Assembly: GCA_963713865.1 (NCBI GenBank)
Contig: OY970208.1
Coordinates: 2,208,001 to 2,272,000 of the forward strand
From: an uncultured candidate division Zixibacteria bacterium
GTDB lineage: Bacteria; Zixibacteria; MSB-5A5; RBG-16-43-9
Reading direction: 5' to 3'
Length of the DNA: 64,000 nt
Positions within the stretch are counted from its first letter, which is position 1, and every line of letters starts with the position of its first letter. Shown in pieces: positions 1 to 9,890 of this stretch. Position numbers and translations under genes: made by a program. Under the pieces are notes generated by a model that saw only the letters and a program-made list of their open reading frames with translations, was not told the DNA's origin and did not search any database.

Positions 1-2532
1 CTCCACCTCGGTTTTGAGTAAAGGCTGGGGAATCTTTACCATCCTTAATTTGTTATCTCCTAAAACCTCTGGAAGATTCTCTTCATCATATCTTAAAAAT
101 AGAACTCCCAAGCCCCGTGCTTTTCTATATGCCTCTTCAGCCCCTGGGTTAAAAGCCCTTAAATCCCTGTATAAAATAGTTACTTTAATTCCCTTCTCTG
201 CTAAGGCAATTGCCTGTTTTATCGCTACCTGACAGCAATAGCGTGAACAATATTTTCTCCCTTCTTTTTCTCTTGAGCCGACACATTGGATAAAAACCAC
301 CTGCTCCGGCTTTTTATCTCCAGTTTTAAACTCTTTCTCCTGTAACAGCTTTTCCGTATCCAAGTTGGTAATCACTTCTGAAAATTTACCATACCCGAAT
401 TTACCTTTAGGATCATACAAGTCTGAACCTACTGCTAATATTATAGTCCCCGCTTTTAGTTTTGAAGTTTTCTTTTCGCCTTTCGTTTCAACGGTTACTT
501 CAAAATTCCCTACAAACCCTTCAACCTTCTTGATTTCAGAAGAAGTTAAAATCTTCACCTTATTTTTATTTAGCTCTTCAACTTTTCTTTTCACCAGTTC
601 TTTCCCGTAAATATCAGAGAAACCGAGCTTGCCTAAAGAAGCAGTTCTCCCTCCTAAGTTCTTCTCTTTTTCTATTAAGGTAACTTTATAACCCTGGGAT
701 GAAAGGTCTAAAGCTGACTGTATTCCAGAGATTCCACCGCCTATTACCAAAATCTTAGAGTTCATCTGAACTTCCCTGGATTCAAGAGGCTGAAGCATTC
801 TTGCCTTACTTACTGCCATCCTTATCAAATCTTTAGCTTTAGATGTCGCTTCTTCTGGTTCATTTGCATGCACCCAGGAACACTGGTCCCTTATATTTGC
901 CATTTCAAAAAGATAAGGATTGAGCCCTGCTCTTTGACAGGTCTCCTGAAAAATAGGCTCATGTGTTCTCGGTGTGCAAGCTGCTACTACCACCCTATTC
1001 AGGTTATGTTCTTTAATTTTATCCTGGAGAAGTCTTTGAGTTCCATCCGAGCAGACGAAAAGGTCTTTCATCACAAAAACCACATCTGGCAGGCTCTTAG
1101 CATACTCCTCTACTGCATTAACATCCACCACTCCCGCGATATTTATCCCGCAATGGCATACAAAAACACCAATTTTGGGAGAACCGGAAATATCAATCGG
1201 CTCGACTTTTACTGGCTCTTTCTTTACCCTTTGACCTTTAAGATGAGAAGAGACTTTCAAAGCTGAGCCAGACCCAAAAGCCACTGAATCGGTGATATCT
1301 TTCAACCCGCCTGCACAGCCACAAAGATAAACCCCCTCTTTGGTTGATTCTAGAGGAGAAGTTATATCTTTGGTTTTGAAAAATCCAGAATGATCCAGCT
1401 CAATCCCTAAAATCTCTGCTAACTCTTTTGTACCAGAAGATGGAACTGCCGCAGAGGAGAGGATGGTTAAATCGACCTTAATCCTTTCGATCTTGCCAGT
1501 ATCCATATTTTCAACTGCAATCCATAGCTCCTTTGTTTTTGGATCTTCAATTATCTTTGAAGGTTTCCCGTGATAGAAAACAACTGATGGATCAGCTTTA
1601 GCTTTTAAATAAAGGTCTTCATATCCCTTTCCAAAAGCTCTTAGATCGTGATAAAAGATATAAATTTTCTCGATCTCCGGCTCGTGTACTTTAGCCATAA
1701 TCGAGTTTTTAACTGCATTCATACAGCAGAAATAGGAACAGTAGGGAACCCCTTTATTATCATTTGACCGGGAGCCAACACACTGGATAAAAGCTAAGGT
1801 CTTGGGCAGTTTTCTATCCGAAGGTCTCCGAATATGACCGCCAGTTGGACCTGAAGCATTGAGTAACCTTTCGAATTCTAAGCCGGTAACCACATCCTCG
1901 TGCAGTGAGTAATCAAAACAGCTTAAAATGGTGGGATCATATTCTTCAAAACCGGTAGCCAGAATAATCGAGCCGACATTAATCTCTATATCCTTATCCA
2001 GCATATCATAATCTATCGATTTTGGCTTGCACACTTCAGAACAGCGCTCGCATACGATAAACTTTTTGTTTAAACAGTACTCCCTGTCGATGATATAAGC
2101 CCTGGGAGAGGCTTGAGGAAAAGGTGAATAGATGGCTTTGCGCGCTCCCAAGCCTAAATCAAAAGCATTCGGGACAATTACCGGGCATTCCTTGGCACAA
2201 TCACCGCAACCCACACAGCTATTCTCGTCCACACCTCTGGATTTCCGCCTGACTGTTACTTTGAAATTACCCTTTTCCCCAGTTACTTCTTTAACTTCAG
2301 AGTAAGTCCAGACTTTTATATTCGGATGCCGACCGGCATCTAACATCCTGGGACCCAGGATTCATATAGCGCAATCCATAGTGGGGAAGGTCTTATCTAA
2401 TTGAGCCATCTTACCGCCCACAGTAGGCGATTTCTCAACTAAATAGACCTGGAAATCTGCATTGGCTAAATCTAAAGCCGCCTGAATCCCAGCCACCCCA
2501 CCACCGATTACCAAGGCACCTTTTTTCGACAT
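1..2532 (-). CDS. hdrA: Tandem heterodisulfide reductase subunit A-like flavoprotein with in-frame UGA at codon 57 (putative selenocysteine); runs off the window start
   Basis: Manual translation from ATG 2532: [23 protein letters not shown]...[19 protein letters not shown]. The same frame continues with [72 protein letters not shown], a second VIGGGISG and [15 protein letters not shown]. Confidence 0.92.
2325..2361 (-). promoter_or_regulatory. Putative bacterial SECIS element directly 3' of the hdrA UGA (2362-2364)
   Basis: The minus strand after TGA reads ATCCTGGG-T-CCCAGGAT, then GATGCC-GGTC-GGCATC. The G-starting apical loop begins 28 nt after the UGA. Confidence 0.65.
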
Positions 2533-2542
2533 ATATTATTAG

Positions 2543-3094
2543 TTATTTTGAAGCTTCTTTTACTTCCTGCCCAAATTGAAAACCCTTTTCAAACGCTTTC
2601 AAGTTCAAATCTTTGAGTCTTTCCGGAACAGAAGTTGAAACGGCTTTTTTTACCGCTTCTGGCGATACCAATTCAGTTACAGCAGTGAAAAATCCTAACA
2701 TCACGATATTGGCAACGATCTTTGCCCCCATCTCCTCGGCAAAACGGGTTGAGGGGATGGCATAAGTCTTGATATTCCCTTTTGCTTCCTGCGGAGTGAC
2801 TAAATCATCGTCGATGATCAGAATGCCGCTCTCATCTAAATTTGGTAAAAATTTAGTATAAGCTTCTTGAGACATGGACACTAAGATGTCAGCTGTGGTT
2901 ACATAAGGATAGAGGATCTTATCCTCGGAGACCAATACCTGGGAACTGCAGGCACTCCCTCTTGCCTCTGGACCGAAGCTCTGGGTCATAGTTGCATATT
3001 TATTATCATATAGAGAGGCGGCTTTTCCTATAATATAACCACACCTGATAACCCCCTGTCCTCCGTAACCGGAAATCCTTATCTCAATCATCAT
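2543..3094 (-). CDS. korC: 2-oxoacid:ferredoxin oxidoreductase gamma subunit
   Basis: IRISGYGGQG, SFGPEARG and NIVMLG motifs. Start taken at MMIEIR, overlapping the beta-subunit stop. Confidence 0.9.
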   Translation of the reverse strand: MMIEIRISGYGGQGVIRCGYIIGKAASLYDNKYATMTQSFGPEARGSACSSQVLVSEDKILYPYVTTADILVSMSQEAYTKFLPNLDESGILIIDDDLVTPQEAKGNIKTYAIPSTRFAEEMGAKIVANIVMLGFFTAVTELVSPEAVKKAVSTSVPERLKDLNLKAFEKGFQFGQEVKEASK

Positions 3095-3977
3095 CGGTTG
3101 GCCCTCCATATTCTACGAATTTATCCTTTAAGACACCTCTTAAACCCTGGTTTAGAGCATCCAGGAAGGTAGGTCTTTCCCGGTCTATGAATTTACCTAC
3201 GACTATCTTGGACTGGAACCCGATATCTAATTCACTCAAGTCTGCACCATGCTTTATGACTGAATTGTCATGATAGAATTTCATAAGGTCTAAGCCTGTG
3301 CCCAGTCTATTCCTTCGGGCATAGAGAGTTGAACAGGGACAGATTATCTCAACGAAAGAGAATCCTTTCTTCTGCAGCGCCTCAGTGATAGATTTAGAAA
3401 GCCTTCTTACATCCAGAGCGGTCCAGCGGGCAACATAAACTGCACCACAGGATGCGGCTAAATAAGGAAGATTGAACGGTTGGTCAAAATTGCCAAAGGG
3501 GGAAGTAGAGGTATTAGCTTTAACCGGGGTGGTGGCTGCACATTGTCCGCCAGTCATCGCATAGATGAAATTATTCACGCATATGACCGTTATATCCATG
3601 TTTCTTCTGGCTGCATGTAAGAAATGGTTCCCTCCTATTCCGATAGTATCTCCATCCCCTGAAAAGACTACAACCTTGAGCTTGGGATTGGCTAACTTCA
3701 AACCGGTAGCAAATGGAATAGCTCTTCCGTGGGTTGAATGAAACGAATCCAGCTTAACATAACCGGCAACCCTGCCAGTACAGCCGATTCCCGATACGAT
3801 CGCCATGTCATTTGTAGGTATCTGCGACTTCTCCAGTGCCATCAAAAAAGCAGTAACTGCGGTTCCGATTCCACAGGTGGGGCACCATATATGAGGCATC
3901 CGATCCATCCTCAGAAGATGCTCCATCGGATGTTCTTCTTCGATCTCTTTTTTCACTTTCACTTCTATCTCACTCAT
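3084..3977 (-). CDS. korB: 2-oxoacid:ferredoxin oxidoreductase beta subunit (TPP-binding)
   Basis: WCPTCG, SGIGC, HSTHGRA, GDGD...NN and YAMTGGQ motifs. Confidence 0.93.
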   Translation of the reverse strand: MSEIEVKVKKEIEEEHPMEHLLRMDRMPHIWCPTCGIGTAVTAFLMALEKSQIPTNDMAIVSGIGCTGRVAGYVKLDSFHSTHGRAIPFATGLKLANPKLKVVVFSGDGDTIGIGGNHFLHAARRNMDITVICVNNFIYAMTGGQCAATTPVKANTSTSPFGNFDQPFNLPYLAASCGAVYVARWTALDVRRLSKSITEALQKKGFSFVEIICPCSTLYARRNRLGTGLDLMKFYHDNSVIKHGADLSELDIGFQSKIVVGKFIDRERPTFLDALNQGLRGVLKDKFVEYGGPTDDD

Positions 3978-5131
3978 TTTACAGCCTCCTTGATAGCCTT
4001 ATAAATATCTTCTGGTTCGTGCACCCAACCGCCTCCATGCGGGACCAAGATCGACTTAGTTTTCCCCTGGGATGCCCTCTCCACTTCTAAGACCATCTGT
4101 CCATAATTCATCTCCACAACCACAAACCCTTTAATCTTCTGAGCTAATTCATATATCTTTTTCCCCGGAAAAGGCCAGACGATAATCGGCCTTAAATACC
4201 CGACTTTGATTCCTTCTTTTCTTGCTTTCTGAATTGCCGGGATGGAAACTCTTGAACTTATCCCATAAGAAACTACTACCACCTCTGCACCCTCAGTCTG
4301 CTCCTCTTCGATATCTACTAATTCATCTTTAAACAGTCTAACCTTCTCTATTAAGCGCCGCACTAACTTTTCCTGCGCTTCCCAGGTCATCACCGGATAA
4401 CCCTTTTCATCGTGAGTCAAACCGGTTACATGAATCTTATATCCATCCCCGGCTTTAATCATCTCCGGCACTAAATCCTTACCTGGTTTAAAAGGAAGAT
4501 ACTTCTCCGGTGGAAGTTCGGTATACCTTCTCGGATAAAGCTCAATTTTATCCGCTTCCGGGATAACCACCTTTTCAGTCATATGTCCTACACACTCATC
4601 CATCATCACCAAGACTGGTACTCTGAACCTCTCTGAGAGATTGAAAGCTTTTATCAAAACCCAGAAGCATTCCTGGGGAGAATTAGGGGATAAAGCTATG
4701 ATTTCATAATCACCATGCGACCCCCATTTTGCCTGCATCATATCTGCTTGACCAGGAAGGGTAGGAAGCCCGGTAGAAGGACCACCTCTTTGCACATCCA
4801 CCACTACGCAGGGTGCTTCCATCATACAGGCTAAACCGATATTCTCCATCATCAGGGAAAAACCAGGACCTGAGGTCACGGTCATAGATTTAGCCCCACC
4901 CCAGGCTGCTCCTACTACTGCTGCCATAGAGCCAAGCTCATCTTCCATCTGGATGAAAACCCCGCCAATTTCTGGAAATCTCTCTGCCATCCTTTCCACT
5001 ACTTCAGTTGAAGGAGTAATAGGATAACCAGCTACAAAAGTACACCCGGCAGCTAAAGCTCCTTCTGCTGCAGCGTGATCTCCATCTAAATAATGAGCCC
5101 CGGTTAATACTCCTTTGGGATTAGCTTTCAA
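3974..5131 (-). CDS. korA: 2-oxoacid:ferredoxin oxidoreductase alpha subunit
   Basis: AGYPITPSTE, QMEDE, TSGPGFSLM and QRGGPSTGLPT motifs. Confidence 0.93.
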   Translation of the reverse strand: MKANPKGVLTGAHYLDGDHAAAEGALAAGCTFVAGYPITPSTEVVERMAERFPEIGGVFIQMEDELGSMAAVVGAAWGGAKSMTVTSGPGFSLMMENIGLACMMEAPCVVVDVQRGGPSTGLPTLPGQADMMQAKWGSHGDYEIIALSPNSPQECFWVLIKAFNLSERFRVPVLVMMDECVGHMTEKVVIPEADKIELYPRRYTELPPEKYLPFKPGKDLVPEMIKAGDGYKIHVTGLTHDEKGYPVMTWEAQEKLVRRLIEKVRLFKDELVDIEEEQTEGAEVVVVSYGISSRVSIPAIQKARKEGIKVGYLRPIIVWPFPGKKIYELAQKIKGFVVVEMNYGQMVLEVERASQGKTKSILVPHGGGWVHEPEDIYKAIKEAVK

Positions 5132-5435
5132 CTTTTACCACCTCCTTACAGGGCGTATCCGCCTGAGGCGGATTATCGCCCTTTTTTTCTTTTACAAATA
5201 AGGCAAATTCAGGACAAAGCAGCTCGCAAAGCCCACAGTGAACACAATCATCCGGGTTTTTAGCTCTGGGAGGATGATAACCTTTATAATTAAACTCTAT
5301 GGAAAGCTCAAGCACATCTTTGGGACAGTATTCCACACAGAAGCCGCAGCCTTTACACCTTTCCCGGATTATATGTATCTCACCATGGGGGATCTGGAGC
5401 TTATCCGCATCTAAGGGTTTACGCCAGAACCTCAT
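5121..5435 (-). CDS. korD: 2-oxoacid:ferredoxin oxidoreductase delta subunit, 2x[4Fe-4S] ferredoxin
   Basis: CKGCGFCVEYCP and CVHCGLCELLCP; GGAGG RBS; first gene of the operon. Confidence 0.9.
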   Translation of the reverse strand: MRFWRKPLDADKLQIPHGEIHIIRERCKGCGFCVEYCPKDVLELSIEFNYKGYHPPRAKNPDDCVHCGLCELLCPEFALFVKEKKGDNPPQADTPCKEVVKVES

Positions 5436-5590
5436 CTTTTAACCTCCAGATAGAATTGATTTTTCATACACCAATATGATATAATACAAACAAATCCGTA
5501 TAAGTCAAGGCTTTTACCAAAAATTTTTTTCTCTTTTTCCCTTAATTTTGCTATTCTTTGATGCCCTCACCAGCGAAAATCTATAAAAAA

Positions 5591-5622
5591 CCCCACCTTG
5601 GGGGCAAGGTGGGGCTACCGGT
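5591..5622. repeat. GTAG-type REP palindrome, CTTG-RGGG-CAAG family (other copies 8137-8167, 18165-18195, 43772-43799)
   Basis: ccccaccttg-gggg-caaggtgggg-ctacc. The stems co-vary between copies. Confidence 0.75.
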
Positions 5623-5655
5623 TATATAAAATGTAGAAGCATATCGTTCTAAAAT

Positions 5656-6612
5656 CTATTTTTTCTTCCTCTTCGGTTTTATAGTTTTTTTAATTATCTT
5701 TTTTCCTCTAATAACTTTTTTAACCTTTGTTTTTGGTTTTCTTTTTTCCAGTTCATTTTTCATCAGCAGAGCAACTTCAGCCGGGCTTTCAGCCACTTTT
5801 ATCCCGACTTTGTTGAATGCGACTATTTTCTCAGCTGCGGTCCCGCTCCCGCCTGAAATAATTGCCCCTGCATGACCCATCCTTTTACCTGGAGGCGCAG
5901 TCCTGCCAGCAATAAAAGCTACCACTGGTTTGGTTACATTTTTCTTAATAAATAAAGCGGCTTCTTCTTCATCAGTGCCTCCAATTTCACCAATCAGGAC
6001 TATACCTTCAGTTTGCGGGTCTTTCTGGAACAACTCCAGGACATCAATGAAGTTAGTCCCGATGATCGGATCTCCGCCAATCCCTAAACTTGTCGATTGT
6101 CCCAGTCCATTTAAAGTAAGAAGATATGCAACTTCATAGGTCAAAGTTCCACTGCGTGATACAACTCCGATCTTCCCTTTTTTATGAATCTGCCCGGGCA
6201 TTATCCCGACCTTTGCTACGCCTGGAGTGATAACACCCGGACTATTAGGTCCTACCAACCGGGTATTGGTATTTTTCAGATAATGGTATATCTTCAGCAT
6301 TTCAGTTGTAGGTATCCCTTCAGCAATACAGACCACCAATTTTATTCCTGCATCTGCCGCTTCATATATGGCATCTGCTGCAAATTTAGAAGGAACATAA
6401 ATCACCGAAGTATTAGCCTTTGTTATTTCGACTGCTTCTTTTACCGAGTTAAAAACCGGGACACCTTCTACTTTCTCCCCTCCTTTACCCGGAGTGACCC
6501 CGGCAACGATTTTTGTGCCGTAAGCTAACATCTGCTTGGTATGAAAAGCACCATCCCTGCCAGTTATTCCCTGAACCACCACTCTGGTATTTTTATCCAC
6601 TAATATGCTCAA
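5656..6612 (-). CDS. sucD: Succinyl-CoA synthetase alpha subunit
   Basis: [17 protein letters not shown] and GKRMGHAGA (phospho-His). TTG start at 6612 follows an AAGGAG RBS. Confidence 0.95.
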   Translation of the reverse strand: MSILVDKNTRVVVQGITGRDGAFHTKQMLAYGTKIVAGVTPGKGGEKVEGVPVFNSVKEAVEITKANTSVIYVPSKFAADAIYEAADAGIKLVVCIAEGIPTTEMLKIYHYLKNTNTRLVGPNSPGVITPGVAKVGIMPGQIHKKGKIGVVSRSGTLTYEVAYLLTLNGLGQSTSLGIGGDPIIGTNFIDVLELFQKDPQTEGIVLIGEIGGTDEEEAALFIKKNVTKPVVAFIAGRTAPPGKRMGHAGAIISGGSGTAAEKIVAFNKVGIKVAESPAEVALLMKNELEKRKPKTKVKKVIRGKKIIKKTIKPKRKKK

Positions 6613-6715
6613 TTTGATCTCCTTTTGTTTTCTGGAGTGCAAGAGCTTGCTCTTGCATTTTTTCTAACATCAGCCTCAAGGTCAAATTCGACAAGCGATG
6701 CACTCCATATCTTTT

Positions 6716-7874
6716 TTATTTCTCAAACATCTGTAATTGACTTACTTTACTCTTCTCAATCGCCCTTTTAACCACCTCTTCCATAGAAGAAGTTGCTGGA
6801 AGATTTATCTCTTCTAATATCTTTCTAGCCCTATCCTCATTCGTTCCGGTTAACCTGACCACAATCGGGACCCTGGGTTTGAACTCTTTAAGTGCTGCCA
6901 CAATCCCGGTTGCCACGTCATCACAACGCGTGATTCCTCCGAAAATGTTGAATAGAATCGCCTTCACATTCGGATCCCGGGTGATAATCCTCATTGCAGT
7001 CATAACTTTATCCGGGCTGGAGCTTCCGCCGATATCCAGGAAATTTGCCGGCTCAGCCCCGAAATACTTGACTAAATCCATGGTCGCCATAGCCAGTCCA
7101 GCACCATTGACCACACATCCGATATTCCCGTCTAATTTAACAAAAGACAAACCCATCTGCCGGGCTTCGTTTTCGCCCGGCTCTTCCGAATCCAGATCCC
7201 TCATAGCCTCGATTCCCGGATGTCTTTCCAGACCGTTATCATCTATATTTATCTTAGCATCCAAAGCCCAGACCTCACCTTCTGGCGTGGTGATAAATGG
7301 ATTTATCTCTGCCAGAGAACAGTCATTCTCCCAGAAAACTTTATATAGTTTCATTATCACCGGCGTGGTCATATTTGCGATTTTCGAATCAGAATAGAGC
7401 TTATAAGCTAAATTCCGTGCTTGATATGCTTGAAGCCCCAGAATCGGATCAATTTCTAATTTGAAAATCTTCTCCGGGGTCTTCTTAGCCACCTCTTCGA
7501 TATCGATACCGCCTGCTGGAGAGACCATAATAACCGGTTTCTTAGTCCTTCGGTCCACGATTATCCCGATATATGCTTCTGAGGCGATATTTTTGCTTTC
7601 CGTTACTAAAACCTTTTTGACTTTCAGTCCTTTGATATCCATCCCTAAGATATTTTTAGCTTTCTCAAAAGCCTCTTCCGGATTCTCCGCAGATTTTTAT
7701 CCCACCCGCCTTCCCCCTACCGCCAACGTGTACCTGAGACTTAATCATCACCGGTTTGCCAATCTTTTGAGCAATCTCCTTTGCCTGCTCCGGCGTTGTC
7801 GCCATCTCCCCCGGCGGCACCGGGATACCATATTTAAGGAAGATTTCCTTAGCTTGGTATTCGTGTATTTTCAT
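6716..7874 (-). CDS. sucC: Succinyl-CoA synthetase beta subunit, split by a +1 frameshift near 7694-7698 (likely sequence error)
   Basis: N-terminal part [10 protein letters not shown]...[10 protein letters not shown]. Removing one A gives [25 protein letters not shown], which joins the ORF with [11 protein letters not shown] and FLDIGG. Confidence 0.92.
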
Positions 7875-7905
7875 TCTTTACTCCTTGAAACAAGGTTAAA
7901 TTTTG

Positions 7906-7934
7906 CGTGCAATTTACGTGCAAATATCGTGCAA
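7906..7934. promoter_or_regulatory. Three CGTGCAA direct repeats at 11-bp spacing upstream of sucC
   Basis: cgtgcaa at 7906, 7917 and 7928. Confidence 0.55.
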
Positions 7935-8250
7935 CCGATCAGGGTAATAATTTTAGTTAATGAAGTTCTTTTTAGTTTTATACTAATTTATTTTCTTCTT
8001 ACTCTTCTTGAAAAAATTTATTTTTTTCACAAAGATCATAGAAAAGTTCAAATCATTATAAAAAATTTATCTTGAAATTGCAAATGAAATTTGCCAAAAA
8101 AGTAGAGACGCATAGAATGCATCTCTGATTATATTACCCGCTTTGAGGGCAAGGCGGGGCTACCGGTGAAGAAATAGGATATGACTAAGAGTAGACCCAC
8201 AGCTTGCCCGCAGGGTTGCCCTCAACGTGGGTCAAACATATAATTCAAAT

Positions 8251-8313
8251 CCCCTCTCCCTAACCCTCTCCCACAAGCCGATAATTGCTTTACGGCTCGT
8301 AGAGGGGAGAGGG
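8251..8313. repeat. CCCTCTCCC...GGGAGAGGG palindromic repeat (related elements near 21095-21135, 23759-23811, 37143-37171)
   Basis: cccctctccctaaccctctccc...aggggagaggg. Confidence 0.6.
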
Positions 8314-8337
8314 AATTGTGCACAATGAATTGGGCAA

Positions 8338-9708
8338 CTACAAAAGCTTATGCTTCTTCAAAAACTCTTCTGCTTCTTTTATTAGCAAACCCTCCTGATT
8401 GAATTCCGGCTCATCCAGGACTTTTTCTAAGAGGTGATTTAAGACTTTACCAATGGCAGGTCCGGGAGAAAGTCCAAATTTCTCCATAATCATATTCCCG
8501 TTTATCTTTAAATCCTTCACACTGAAAGGCGGTTTTCTTTCCAGCTCCTCTTTAATCCATTTTTCAAACTCATCCACGTCTTTTCCATCCGCGCCTTTTC
8601 CCTGAGCGACAATATCAGCCCTTCTCACTTCCAATAGCTCAAAAATATGTTCAGGCGTAACTTTGCGAATCAATCTTCTCAAACCTTTATCTGTTACCCC
8701 CATAGCGAACATATGCTTATCCACTAACAGTGTAACTGTGGCGATGACCTCATTGGAGTATCTTAATCTTTGAAGTATATGTTTTGTCACCCTTGCCCCT
8801 TTTTTCTCATGTCCGTAAAAAGTAGCACCATCTTCTGTCAAGGCTTTTGCCTGGGGTTTGAAGATGTCGTGAAAAAGACAAGCTAAGCGGATAACCAAAT
8901 CCATTGGGGCATTGTCAATGGTTAAAAGCGAGTGCTCGAAAACATCATATTCATGATAACCACCCGGTTGCTCCACACTGACACAAGCTTCCAGCTCCGG
9001 CAAAATCTCTTTTAATAATCCGGTCTTATGCATCAGCCTGAAGCCTATGCTTGGATATTTTGCTTTAGTTAATAATTTATTCAGTTCCTCCTGAATCCTT
9101 TCAGCAGAAATTGTATTTATCAATTGTGCATTCTCGCAAAGGCTTTTGTAAGTATCTTTTTCTATCTCGAATTCAAACCTTGCCGCAAACTGAACTCCCC
9201 GGAGCATCCTCAGAGGGTCATCTTTAAAAGAATTCGGATTAGTTATCCGGATAAGTCTATTTTTTATGTCTTTTTTACCATTCAGAGGGTCTATCAATTT
9301 TTTAGTTTCCAGGTCATAAGCCATCGCATTTATCGTAAAATCCCTTCTCGAAAGGTCATCTTCCACTTTGAGATTATGGTCAAAATCCACCTTGAAATCT
9401 TTATGCCCTACTCCGGTACTGTATTCTTTTCGCGGCAGGGCAATATCAAAGGTCTTTATCTCTTCTCCTGAGAATTTTTTATGCGGGGAAAACTTTATTA
9501 CGCCAAACGACTTCCCAACTAAATCGACCTTCCCGAATTTAGAAAGAAGTGCACAGAGCTCATCCATTGGAACACCGCAGACCAGATAATCTGTATCCAT
9601 ATCCGATAAAACCGGAGAGATAATCCTGTCCCTCACCACCCCACCCACCTCATATATCCTCCCCTTTTTGAGAATTTCGTCTGTGATTACTTCATTCAAT
9701 CTGGACAT
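8338..9708 (-). CDS. cca: Class II CCA-adding tRNA nucleotidyltransferase with HD domain
   Basis: VGGVVRD, DTD, RRDFTINAM, DDPLRMLR and LFHDI. Start moved to MSRLNE because the upstream ATG lies inside a repeat. Confidence 0.85.
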   Translation of the reverse strand: MSRLNEVITDEILKKGRIYEVGGVVRDRIISPVLSDMDTDYLVCGVPMDELCALLSKFGKVDLVGKSFGVIKFSPHKKFSGEEIKTFDIALPRKEYSTGVGHKDFKVDFDHNLKVEDDLSRRDFTINAMAYDLETKKLIDPLNGKKDIKNRLIRITNPNSFKDDPLRMLRGVQFAARFEFEIEKDTYKSLCENAQLINTISAERIQEELNKLLTKAKYPSIGFRLMHKTGLLKEILPELEACVSVEQPGGYHEYDVFEHSLLTIDNAPMDLVIRLACLFHDIFKPQAKALTEDGATFYGHEKKGARVTKHILQRLRYSNEVIATVTLLVDKHMFAMGVTDKGLRRLIRKVTPEHIFELLEVRRADIVAQGKGADGKDVDEFEKWIKEELERKPPFSVKDLKINGNMIMEKFGLSPGPAIGKVLNHLLEKVLDEPEFNQEGLLIKEAEEFLKKHKLL

Positions 9709-9730
9709 AATTTCTATTCTGCCTGCTCCT

Positions 9731-9830
9731 GTCATTCTGAAGGAGTCCCGCTAAAAAGCGGGACGACTGAAGAATCTTCGCTTTAGATGGATTCAGATTC
9801 TTCCCCCGCCAAAGGCGGGGTCAGAATGAC
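9731..9830. repeat. GTCATTCTGA...TCAGAATGAC inverted-repeat element (related half-elements 17203-17251, 44960-44989)
   Basis: 10-bp terminal inverted repeats, internal gaagaatct/agattcttc inverted pair and two GC hairpins. Confidence 0.7.
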
Positions 9831-9890
9831 CTTTGATCTCAAAATTACAACAGGATACTATTAAATCTGTCTTCTTCAGTCTTGATTGAA

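Noticed and set aside
14-1266. Plus-strand ORFs 14-232, 365-610 and 868-1266
   Set aside because: They are antisense shadows of the minus-strand hdrA frame and have no motifs.
2362-2364. TGA read as a true stop making hdrA a pseudogene
   Set aside because: It falls precisely on a conserved Cys position, is followed by SECIS-like hairpins, and the rest of the gene is intact.
7665-7874. Programmed ribosomal frameshift in sucC
   Set aside because: There is no canonical slippery heptamer and no precedent I know of. An extra base in a homopolymer is the simpler explanation.
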